Shown piece by piece: positions 1 through 9,607 of a stretch of 64,000 nucleotides of DNA (position 1 is its first letter; each line of letters starts with the position of its first letter). Source of the stretch: Calditrichia bacterium (GTDB lineage: Bacteria > Calditrichota > Calditrichia > JAJRVZ01); assembly GCA_963796965.1 (NCBI GenBank), contig CAWCNS010000007.1, positions 768,001 through 832,000 on the forward strand, in the 5' to 3' direction. The notes beneath the pieces are model-generated. The model worked only from the letters and a program-made list of their open reading frames with translations. It was not told the origin of the DNA and did no database searches. A program made the position numbers and the translations under genes.

Positions 1-4
1 TGTA

Positions 5-31
5 TAGAGACGTTCCAACGGAACGTCTCTA
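5..31. repeat. REP-like perfect palindrome
   Basis: TAGAGACGTTCC-aac-GGAACGTCTCTA, 12-bp perfect inverted repeat. Confidence 0.7.
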
Positions 32-297
32 CAAAAGGGCATTCAATCCTACGATAATCAATAATTAAATTAATAATTTCCTGATTTCAGGTTCTACCCA
101 AATATTTTGACTCGTACTATATTAACAACTTTATTAACTTACTTTTTCATTTGTCTTAAATTTTAAAAGGAGGCTATATGAAGATATCCTGGTTTATCGT
201 CTATTCTTCATTTTTATGAAATAATTTTGTGTAAACATGTCTTTTAGTAACAAATGAATCCAATTAGTATTCAAAATCAAAAGTGCCAGGTTGTTTT

Positions 298-375
298 ACC
301 GCAAAGATGCAAAGAAGGCGCAACGGCCGCAAGGCATTGATTTTAAAAATGGAAAATCATTGCGATCTTTGCGGT
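298..375. repeat. MITE-like intergenic element with terminal inverted repeats
   Basis: ACCGCAAAGAT (298-308) / ATCTTTGCGGT (365-375), with internal GCAA-periodic repeats. Confidence 0.55.
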
Positions 376-426
376 TAAGTCTTTTAAGACCAGAATAACT
401 AATTTTTAACAATAAAGGAGATCACG

Positions 427-1509
427 ATGCTAGACAAAATGAAAAGAATTATGTTTACATTCTTAATTTTTTCTCTATTATTAGTAACTCAAAGTCTTGC
501 CCAGCAAAATTTACCTTTTATCCGGGTAAGTCCACAAGCAAAAGCCATACAGAATATCAGTTTTGCCACCGTTGAAATCAATTACAGCCGCCCCGGGGTA
601 AAGGACAGGGAAATATATGGCAAATTAGTCCCTTACGGTCTTGCACCAAATGCATTTGGTAACGGAAAGCCCATGCCCTGGCGAGCCGGTGCCGACGAGA
701 ATACAACCATCACCCTTTCACATGACGCAAAAATAAATGGCCAGAATCTACCTGCCGGAAAATATGGGCTTCATATAATTGTGTATGAAAATGAATGGAC
801 CATCATCTTTAACAGTGATCATAATGCCTGGGGAAGTTTTTTCTATGAGGAAGGCAATGATGTGCTGCGAATTAAAGTCAAACCAGAAAAAACTGTTTTT
901 CAGGAACGATTGGTATATGGATTTGAGAATTTTGAAGCTGCATCCGCTAATGCTTTTATGTCCTGGGGAGAGAAAAAAGTTTCCTTCACGATAGTATTTG
1001 ATCAACATGATCTCGTATTATCAACCTATAAAGATGAATTGACCGGGCTTGCCGGTTTTAATAATGCAGCCTGGGCTGCTGCTGCACGGTATTGCCTGCA
1101 AAATGAGGTTAATCTTGATGAAGCGATGGTCTGGATCGATAAAGCCTTGGCGATGAATGGCGGAGACAATTTCAACAACAAAGCCGTAAAGGCCGGTCTT
1201 TTAACCTTGGCAGGTAAAGATAAAGAAGGCGAAGCCGTTATGGAGGCCTCTCTGGGTGAAGCAACTGAAAATGAGATAAACAATTATGGATACCAGTTAA
1301 TGGGTCAGGGAAAACTGAATGCGGCCATAAAACTATTTCGTATGAATGTAAAAAATCATCCCGATTCCTGGAACGTCTGGGATAGTCTCGGTGAAGCATT
1401 AAGTAATAACGGTGATAAAAAGGGCGCTAAGGAAAATTACGAAAAGGCTTATGAACTAGCACCGGCCAACCAAAAAGCGCGTCTTGAAGGAATCCTAAAA
1501 GACTTGTAA
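427..1509 (+). CDS. Exported DUF2911-domain protein with C-terminal TPR
   Basis: Signal peptide; SP..YSRPGVKDREIYGKLVPYG..WRAGADENT typical of DUF2911; TPR-like C-terminus (NVWDSLGEAL..YEKAYEL); AAGGAG RBS. Confidence 0.8.
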   Translation: MLDKMKRIMFTFLIFSLLLVTQSLAQQNLPFIRVSPQAKAIQNISFATVEINYSRPGVKDREIYGKLVPYGLAPNAFGNGKPMPWRAGADENTTITLSHDAKINGQNLPAGKYGLHIIVYENEWTIIFNSDHNAWGSFFYEEGNDVLRIKVKPEKTVFQERLVYGFENFEAASANAFMSWGEKKVSFTIVFDQHDLVLSTYKDELTGLAGFNNAAWAAAARYCLQNEVNLDEAMVWIDKALAMNGGDNFNNKAVKAGLLTLAGKDKEGEAVMEASLGEATENEINNYGYQLMGQGKLNAAIKLFRMNVKNHPDSWNVWDSLGEALSNNGDKKGAKENYEKAYELAPANQKARLEGILKDL

Positions 1510-1522
1510 ACTTGGAATATTT

Positions 1523-1610
1523 CCCGATTTGAGATATCTGATATGGGATTTGAGATGGAAATAAAGCCCTATCAAAGGTTAATTAAATCAATCTCATATC
1601 CCAAATCGGG
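1523..1610. repeat. Heptamer-rich imperfect inverted repeat, possible terminator
   Basis: CCCGATTTGAGATAT (1523-1537) vs ATATCCCAAATCGGG (1596-1610), 14/15 complementary. Confidence 0.55.
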
Positions 1611-1646
1611 TATCCAGCATCCTGTATCAAAAACGGAGTAACCATA

Positions 1647-4128
1647 TTGAACCGAATTCACAAAAAACTGGGACGTATATTTTTTGCACTCATCTTCTCT
1701 TCCCTCTTCTCTCTTCTATCTTCTGCAAACGCTCAACTCCAGCCTGCAACGAGTGCCACCATCCGCCAGGCTCTAAATAAATTAAATGTACTGGGAGCCG
1801 TCCTCTATATCGCAGCCCATCCGGATGATGAGAACACATCGGTACTGGCTTATATGGCTCAGGGGAAATTGGTTCGTACAGCCTATCTTTCCCTTACCCG
1901 CGGCGATGGTGGCCAAAACCTATTGGGAAGTGAAAAAGGCGATTTACTTGGGGTTATTCGCACCCAGGAGCTCCTTTCTGCAAGACGTATTGACGGTGGA
2001 GGGCAATTTTTTTCCAGAGCTATCGACTTTGGATATTCTAAAACTGCCGATGAAACATTAAGAAACTGGGATAAGCAGACTCATTTTATCAGATGTGGTT
2101 CGGGTTATACGTACATTTAAACCGGATATTATTCTCACCAGATTCTCAGAAACCCGCGGTGGACACGGCCATCATATAGCCTCTGGGATATTAGCAAAAG
2201 AGGCATTTATAGCCGCTGCCGATGCCTCACAATTTCCCGAACAATTGGACAAATTGCAGACCTGGAAGACAAAACGAATATTCTGGAACACCTGGTCGCC
2301 TTCAGCAAACGCTTTATCGATAGATGTGGGAGAATATAACAGTCTATTGGGTCTGTCTTACCAGGAGTTTGCTGCCGCCAGCCGCTCCATGCATAAAAGT
2401 CAGGGGTTTGGCTCCAGCCCGGGTCGTGGTACGCAATTGGTCCATTTTGATCTTACTGCCGGAGATTCGGCTCAAAATGATATCTTCGATGATGTGGATC
2501 TTACCTGGAATCGTATCCCAGGTGGTGCTGTTATTCAGGAATCAGTACAATCAATCATCAATAAATATGATGATGAAAATCCAGCTACTATAATCGCCGA
2601 CCTCATTGATCTGTATAAAAAAGTTGACGATCTTTCTGAAAATCACTGGAAAGGAATAAAAAAACATGATATTCAGGAATTGATCCGCATGTGCAGCGGG
2701 TTGTGGATAGAATCTATTGTTTGGCAACCTGGAATTTCTCCCGGATCATCCCTTGATGTAAGAAGTATGGTGCTCTCCCGTTCGGAGACCTCAATCAAAG
2801 TACACAATATTCAAACCTCTTACTCTCGGAAAGATACCCTACTGAATAAAACCCTGGAAGTGAATAAGCCATTTTCATTCAAGCAGAATATCACAATTCC
2901 GCAAGATGCACCCTATACTCAACCATTCTGGTTAAAGGAGCCCAATGATGGCAAAATGTTTAATATCTCTGACTCCGATCAAATCAACAATCCAGAGACA
3001 GAGCCGGCCCTTCGTACAAAATTCAAAGTGCAAATAGCAGATATTGAACTGATTTATGAGATTCCCGTGCTTTATCGATGGACAGACGCCGTTTTAGGTG
3101 AACAGTTCCGTCCATTTATAATCAGGCCGGCAGTCAATGTTCACATCGAGGAACCTACATATATATTTGCAGATTCAAAGGTAAGAGATATTAAGGTTCA
3201 TGTGATCTCGACTAGTGGCAATCATCAGGGTCAGTTAAGTTTTTCACTTCCGTCTGGTTGGGAGATTGAACCAAAAACAATCGATTTTACTTTAAAGGAA
3301 ACGGGCGATCAAAGCTCTTACTCTTTCCACGTTAAACCTTCAGCAAATGCAAAAAACGGTTCAGCCTCTTTATTAGCAGAGATTAGTGGAAGAAAGTATA
3401 CCAAAGAAATTATTGAAATGGACTATGGTCATATTCCTTTTCAAACAGCTCTCCAACCAGCGCAGACCCATCTGGTAAATCTTGACATCACTATCGAGCC
3501 TGGTCGGATTGGCTATATTATGGGTTCGGGAGACGATATACCCGAGTCATTATCACAACTTGGTTATAAAGTAGATCTCTTGAGCGATCCGGACCTCGAG
3601 ACTAAAGATTTGATGAGCTATGATGCTATTATTTGTGGTGTTCGTGCTTTTAATACACGTCCGGATCTACAACGACAACAAAAAAAACTAATCGACTATG
3701 TGGCAGAAGGAGGTACCTGGATCGTGCAACATAATACACGGTTTGGGACTCAGGTAAAACAAATAGGACCCTATCCCTTTAATACATCAGGAAGAGATCG
3801 TATCAGTGAGGAAAATGCGAAGATAACAATATTAATTCCGGATCATCCTCTGTTTAATTATCCGAACAAAATTACCGAAAATGATTTCGACGGTTGGGTG
3901 CAGGAACGCGGGCTTTATTTTGCCCAAAGCTGGGAGGGAAAACTTTATCCCTTGTTATCTGGGAATGACCATAATGAACCGGCAAAATTGGGAGGATTAC
4001 TTTATGCCCGCTATGGCAAGGGTGTGTTTATTTTTACAGCCTTTTCATGGTTCCGACAATTACCTGCAGGGGTTCCAGGGGCCTACCGGTTATTTGTAAA
4101 TATAATCTCCGCAAGTGGACAGGAATAG
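1647..4128 (+). CDS. Exported PIG-L/LmbE-family deacetylase with C-terminal extension; +1 frameshift near 2079
   Basis: AAHPDDE, TRGDGGQN, RTQEL, DFGYSK and HGHH motifs span ORFs 1647-2120 and 2095-4128; removing one base gives WDKQLILSDVVRVIRTFKPD. Confidence 0.85.
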
Positions 4129-4129
4129 T

Positions 4130-4270
4130 ATGGATTCAAAAATAGATAAAATAGAAGTGGAAGAAAAACCACCCGTCTTAAAAACCTGGAATCGTATTTA
4201 TACTTTGCTTATACTAAATTTGATATTCTGTTTGACACTATTTTACATTATTCGCAGGATATTTGAATGA
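4130..4270 (+). CDS. 46-aa single-TM protein, probable symporter accessory subunit (absent from ORF track)
   Basis: MDSKIDKIEVEEKPPVLKTWNRIYTLLILNLIFCLTLFYIIRRIFE; starts 1 nt after the upstream stop and overlaps the symporter start as ATGA. Confidence 0.75.
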   Translation: MDSKIDKIEVEEKPPVLKTWNRIYTLLILNLIFCLTLFYIIRRIFE

Positions 4271-5955
4271 GTACACTAGACTGGCTGGTCATGTGCGGAT
4301 TTCTTCTTTTTATCGTCGTATACGGTACCTGGAAAAGTCGCGGAAGCAAGAATATAAAAGAATTTTTATTGGCTAATAAAGCCACCCCCTGGTATACAGT
4401 CGCCCTTTCCATAATGGCCACACAGGCAAGCGCGATTACCTTTCTTTCCACTCCCGGTCAGGCCTTTGTCGATGGTATGCGATTTGTTCAGTTCTACATC
4501 GGTTTGCCCATTGCGATGATTATCCTATCTATCACTGCTGTTCCTCTTTATCATAAATTAAATGTATTTACTGCCTATGAGTATCTCGAAGACCGTTTTG
4601 ATCTAAAGAACCGCGCATTAGGTAGTTTTCTATTTTTGATTCAGCGTGGTCTGGCCGCGGGTTTTACAATATTCGCTCCAGCTTTGATCTTTTCCGCCCT
4701 ACTTGGCTGGCCAATAGAATGGACCATTCTCGTCATAGGTATTCTTGTAATAGTCTATACTGCTTCAGGGGGCACGCAGGCCGTAAACAAAACACATATG
4801 CTTCAAATGACCGTTATCTTTGCCGGAATGTTTGCTGCATTTATAATGATATTTCGTTTATTGCCCGAATCCGTCTCATTTGTAGATGCGGCTCATATTG
4901 CCGGTAAAATGGGAAAACTCAACACAATAGATTTTTCTTTTAATCTTGAGGACCGTTATACATTTTGGTCGGGTCTGATCGGTGGGACCTTTCTGGCCCT
5001 CTCCTATTTTGGCACCGATCAGTCACAGGTACAGCGTTATCTGGCTGGTAGTTCGATCACCCAAAGTCGGATGGGATTAATGTTGAATGGTCTTCTCAAA
5101 GTTCCCATGCAATTTTTCATTCTGTATATTGGTGCCATGGTATTTGTATTCTTCCAGTTTGTCGTTCCTCCCTTATTTTTTAATCCCGTTGAAACCGATA
5201 ACATCAAAAATAGTACCTATTCCCATGACTATAACCGGTTGGAAAATGAATATTTACAGATCCACCAGAATAAAGAGATATCGATTCAAGAAATGTTACA
5301 AGCCCTTGATCGTGATGATTCCGGAGAAGTAAGAAAGCAACAATCACGTATTCTGGACGCACAATCAAGAGCTGCAAAAGTTCGTGAAGAAGCAATTTCA
5401 CTGATAAAAGAGAATAACCCCGAAAGCGATGGCAATGATACAAATTATATATTTTTAAGCTTTGTCATGGCATTTCTTCCAGCCGGCCTAATAGGGATGG
5501 TTCTCGCCGCGATTCTCTCTGCCTCCATGTCCTCAACGGCAGCAGAACTTAATGCGCTCGCTTCTACAACTGTTATTGATATCTATCGTCGCCTGATAAA
5601 AAAGGACGGCAATGATCAACATTACCTGCTTGTATCTAAAATCGTAACAATCTTCTGGGGAGGTTTTGCCATCTTTTTCGCCCTTTTTGCAAACCGCCTG
5701 GGATCTCTCATCGAAGCAGTCAATATTCTTGGGTCATTATTTTATGGTACCATATTAGGACTATTTTTAGTTGCTTTTTATTTAAAAAAAATCGGTGGAA
5801 ATGCTGTCTTCATTTCTGCGATTATATCCGAAATTTTTGTATTAGGCTTATTTTTTCTTACAGACATACCTTATCTATGGTTCAATTTTATCGGATGTGT
5901 AACGGTTATTGTATTAGCATTAGCAATCAATAGATATTTTATTGCAAAGGGATAA
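4267..5955 (+). CDS. Sodium:solute symporter (SSS family)
   Basis: Many TM helices; ATQASAITFLSTPG, TAYEYLEDRF, GTDQSQVQRYL, SASMSS. Confidence 0.92.
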   Translation: MSTLDWLVMCGFLLFIVVYGTWKSRGSKNIKEFLLANKATPWYTVALSIMATQASAITFLSTPGQAFVDGMRFVQFYIGLPIAMIILSITAVPLYHKLNVFTAYEYLEDRFDLKNRALGSFLFLIQRGLAAGFTIFAPALIFSALLGWPIEWTILVIGILVIVYTASGGTQAVNKTHMLQMTVIFAGMFAAFIMIFRLLPESVSFVDAAHIAGKMGKLNTIDFSFNLEDRYTFWSGLIGGTFLALSYFGTDQSQVQRYLAGSSITQSRMGLMLNGLLKVPMQFFILYIGAMVFVFFQFVVPPLFFNPVETDNIKNSTYSHDYNRLENEYLQIHQNKEISIQEMLQALDRDDSGEVRKQQSRILDAQSRAAKVREEAISLIKENNPESDGNDTNYIFLSFVMAFLPAGLIGMVLAAILSASMSSTAAELNALASTTVIDIYRRLIKKDGNDQHYLLVSKIVTIFWGGFAIFFALFANRLGSLIEAVNILGSLFYGTILGLFLVAFYLKKIGGNAVFISAIISEIFVLGLFFLTDIPYLWFNFIGCVTVIVLALAINRYFIAKG

Positions 5956-6081
5956 CATAATATGTCCCCACTCCCTTCTTCTTGTGTAAAGTATTTCTCC
6001 AAGCACCTGTTATCAATCGATACACTTCAGAGAAGAGTTTTGGGGATTGGGGATGAGATCTTATATTTGGGTGTATGAAGG

Positions 6082-6132
6082 ACCTCACCCCTTAATCCCC
6101 TTTCCTTTTAGGAGTGCGATTATGGGTGAGGT
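6082..6132. repeat. REP-like inverted repeat
   Basis: ACCTCACCC (6082-6090) / GGGTGAGGT (6124-6132). Confidence 0.45.
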
Positions 6133-6219
6133 TCGGATCAAAAACAAAGATCTAAGAAAACGCCTGTTTTGATTGAACATTTTTCGCATTTCGTCCGTTA
6201 AAATATTGTAAATTATACC

Positions 6220-6795
6220 ATGAAAACACTCGAGAATTTATATTTCACTGACCGTTCAGAGTGGCGTAGTTGGCTCGAAGTAAATCATTCATTAAAAGAT
6301 GGAATATGGTTTATCTATTATAAAGCGCATGCAGAAATGCCATCTGTATCTTATGAAGATAGTGTTGAAGAAGCACTTTGTTTTGGTTGGATTGATAGCA
6401 TTATTAAGAAAATTGATAATAACAAATACGCCCGAAAATTTACAGTGCGAAACAATAATAGTATATGGTCAGAATCTAATAAAAAACGCGTTGGTAAATT
6501 GATAACCGCAGGATTAATGACAGATGCGGGTATGATCAAAGTCAAGGCTGGGAAAAAATCTGGTAAATGGAATGAGGTCATTAATATACCTACATTTAAA
6601 GATTTACACCCGGAATTTAAAATCGCATTAGATAAAAATAAAACAGCTAAAAGTAATTTTTATAATCTGGCACAATCATATCGCCGGCAATATATTGGAT
6701 GGATCAGTACAGCTAAAAAAGAAGATACCCGCAAAAAACGGATATCAGAAGCGATTGAACTCTTAGAAAAAAATCAAAAATTGGGATTAAGATAG
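6220..6795 (+). CDS. YdeI/OmpD-associated family protein
   Basis: WRSWL..NH, EEALCFGWIDS, WSESNKKRV, YIGWISTAKKEDTRKKRI. Confidence 0.88.
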   Translation: MKTLENLYFTDRSEWRSWLEVNHSLKDGIWFIYYKAHAEMPSVSYEDSVEEALCFGWIDSIIKKIDNNKYARKFTVRNNNSIWSESNKKRVGKLITAGLMTDAGMIKVKAGKKSGKWNEVINIPTFKDLHPEFKIALDKNKTAKSNFYNLAQSYRRQYIGWISTAKKEDTRKKRISEAIELLEKNQKLGLR

Positions 6796-6825
6796 TAGCA
6801 ATAATTGTCTATCGAGGATTATAAA

Positions 6826-7232
6826 ATGACAAAAGAATATTATTTTAAAACAGAAGACCTACTTATTTGGCGTCCAACAGGCAACATCAAGATTGAAGTA
6901 ATTCAAGACTTTATAAAATTTCTGGAGGAATATGTAGCAAGCAATAATTCTGATTTTAAACGATTTATTGATTTGTCCCTTATCGAGAGTATATCTGTTA
7001 ATTACGAAGAACTATATGGCATTGCCGCAGACCGGCGTGACCACGCAAATAAGAAGTTTGAGAACATTGTTAATCTTGCATTTTATGTCAATAACGCTCT
7101 GTCCTTTGGTATGGCGCGTATGTATGAAAATTTGCTTGATACACTCTGCTTACAATTTAGGGATATTCTATTCGTTAAAAGAAGTTGACTGATTTTTTGA
7201 ATGTTGAAATCTCACTGCTTTCTGAGGAATGA
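6826..7232 (+). CDS. Hypothetical protein, possibly STAS/SpoIIAA-like; two apparent +1 frameshifts near 7145 and 7188
   Basis: GAGG RBS before ATG 6826; AFYV..LSFGMARMY motif; shifted frames continue YNLGIFYSLKEV..DFLNVEISLLSEE*. Confidence 0.5.
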
Positions 7233-7513
7233 TGATCACTGTATCTTATTGCCACCATAAACTGTGTAAAGCAAGTGCCTAGCACAGAGGGAGAAACACA
7301 TAGTCAATTTTATAACATTGCTCTTTATGCGCTATGCGCCTTATTCAATGTAAATAATTTCTCGATGCTCTAATTGTTCGCAATGGTTACAATATTTTAC
7401 AGCGATTCATTACTATCCTGCATTTAGATTGAGAGTCATGTTTTATTTATTTTTGTTACTGATTTTGGTATATTTTATACTTGGCTAAATAAGGATAAGA
7501 ATATAGAAATATT

Positions 7514-8107
7514 ATGAGGATTTTTGGATATATATTGTTTCTTCTATTGCTCTTAATTTGGGGGTGTACAAATCCTTTCACAACCAGAGAGATTGAAGAA
7601 CCTGATATTAACAATAGTAGCGATATCTTCGATCAGCCTATCAGCCATGAGGTTGTATTAAATAACTTTCGCTATGCAATCATCCAAAAAAATATCTCAA
7701 ATTATATGAATTGTTTCGTTGAGCCATCATTGGCATACAATTTTACATACAAATATTTGCCAGACCGGTCTATTGAATCTGAAAAATTTTTAGATTGGGA
7801 CCTTACCTATGAAAGGATATACTTAAATACTGTATTCAATCAATCTATTGATATTTCTCTGGAGTATCTGGATGAGATTGTATACACAAATATCAGCCAA
7901 TCCCCTGATTCTGTACAGACGAATTCATTCAGGTATGAATTGAGAATCTCATTCGAGAGCGAGGAATCTGTTTTTACGGGGTTAGCCAGAATGAAATTGA
8001 TTAAAAACATGAATGCAATGTGGGCCATCTACTTTTGGGAGGATTCAAAGCCTGCTGACCTGGAAAGCAATAGCTGGTCAAATCTAAAAGCAAATTACAA
8101 AAACTAA
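7514..8107 (+). CDS. Uncharacterised lipoprotein
   Basis: Lipobox IWG-C followed by TNPF; paralog of the next gene. Confidence 0.7.
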   Translation: MRIFGYILFLLLLLIWGCTNPFTTREIEEPDINNSSDIFDQPISHEVVLNNFRYAIIQKNISNYMNCFVEPSLAYNFTYKYLPDRSIESEKFLDWDLTYERIYLNTVFNQSIDISLEYLDEIVYTNISQSPDSVQTNSFRYELRISFESEESVFTGLARMKLIKNMNAMWAIYFWEDSKPADLESNSWSNLKANYKN

Positions 8108-8112
8108 AATAG

Positions 8113-8628
8113 ATGAAACTTTTTGTTAAAGTTATACCGATTATATTTATTGTATTAAGTTGTAACCCTTTTGCACCATCGTTAACCGACGGAGAATCCA
8201 ATAGTAGTACTATAACACAGCAGAAAACGCCTCGTGATGTTTTAACAAATTTTCGCTATGCATACGTATTTAAAGATTCCCTTGTCTACAGTGATGTTTT
8301 AGATAGTTCATTTCAGTTTATTTCAAAAAACTATGGAACATCACCCCCCACTAATATTAACTGGGGGCGTGATGTCGATATTATAACAACAACAAGATTA
8401 TTTCGTCATTTTGATTTTTTAGAACTGGAATGGGGTGCAAATCTATCTAAAATAGTAAATAAAACTAAAAATGACAGCCTTTCTTCTGAAATTAAGATAA
8501 CCTTCCAACTCACCTTAGATGGCGGAAGAGATATACCAACGATAAAAGGAGAGGCTCTCTTTAATTTTATAAAAAATTCAGATGGAATCTGGAAAATAAC
8601 CAGGTGGGAAGATCTATCAAGTTTCTAA
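8113..8628 (+). CDS. Uncharacterised lipoprotein
   Basis: Lipobox VLS-C followed by NPF; shares VL.NFRYA and W.I..WED with the previous gene. Confidence 0.7.
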   Translation: MKLFVKVIPIIFIVLSCNPFAPSLTDGESNSSTITQQKTPRDVLTNFRYAYVFKDSLVYSDVLDSSFQFISKNYGTSPPTNINWGRDVDIITTTRLFRHFDFLELEWGANLSKIVNKTKNDSLSSEIKITFQLTLDGGRDIPTIKGEALFNFIKNSDGIWKITRWEDLSSF

Positions 8629-8643
8629 GGTAATGGAGGATAA

Positions 8644-9355
8644 ATGAGTCGTATAGGTATTGATATTGATCCAGCAGCAATAATTCGTAATATTTTCGCC
8701 GAAGACATTCCGGACCCCGCACACTTGAGTGTATTGGGGGAGATGGGTGGAGCAGAATCGGTAATCTGCTATCTGCGGGAAGATAAGAAAAGTGTAAACG
8801 AAAGGGATGTAAGGGTTTTAAAGGAGATTGTAAAAACCCACCTGATTGTACGAACGACGATTACAGAGGATACAGTTCGAAAACTATTGAAAATTAAACC
8901 TGACATGGTCACATTCGTTACTTCAGGACCTGAAACATCCATATTGCCGGGAACAGTAAACCTGGAAGACTACGCCGGATCTCTAAGCGACTACATCGCT
9001 GATGCCAGGGCAAATGGTATTGCTACAAGTGTTTATTTGGAACCCGAGGTCAATATGGTAAAATTGGCGGGTAAACTAGAGTTTGACTATATCGAAATAA
9101 ACGCAAAATCCTATACTTCTGCTCAGGATCTTGACGAACAATTAGCGGAAGCTAGAAGCAATAAATTCACTTGTTATTGCCTCCAACAAATTAGGAATGG
9201 GGGTCAATATCAGCAATGGTATTAATCAGGAGAATATTAAGGATCTGGCCAAGATCCCCTTCCTGGATGATATTATTGTATCCAACTCTCTTATTGTCAA
9301 GGCTCTTGCTATCGGCTTCGAGCAGGCAGTGAGAGACTTTGTAAGTATTATTTAG
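8644..9355 (+). CDS. pdxJ: Pyridoxine 5'-phosphate synthase (PdxJ)-like protein with degenerate active site; +1 frameshift near 9150
   Basis: PDP, LREDKKSVNERDVRVL, KPDMVTFV, SVYLEP, IEI; shifted frame gives LGMGVNISNGINQENI..IIVSNSLIVKALAIGFEQAVRDF*. Confidence 0.75.
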
Positions 9356-9455
9356 TGAACTCAGCCACTAACTCTTTACACGTTGGTGCAACTTCCCACT
9401 TTCCCAACAAGAGAAAAAGAAGAGAAGTTTACTATTTATGAGAAATACTTATTTT

Positions 9456-9481
9456 CCCTCTCCTGATAGGAGAGGGCTTTT
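9456..9481 (+). terminator. Hairpin, possible terminator or REP
   Basis: CCCTCTCCT-gat-AGGAGAGGG followed by CTTTT. Confidence 0.4.
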
Positions 9482-9607
9482 ATGCATGTATCGATGTAAT
9501 AATTTGGTTGTGGAGAATGAAAACTTATCAATCTCATCGTTACATAGTTGTAGTGATTTAATTGGTATTAATCTTATTTTTTACCGGATATTAATGTAAA
9601 TTTATTT

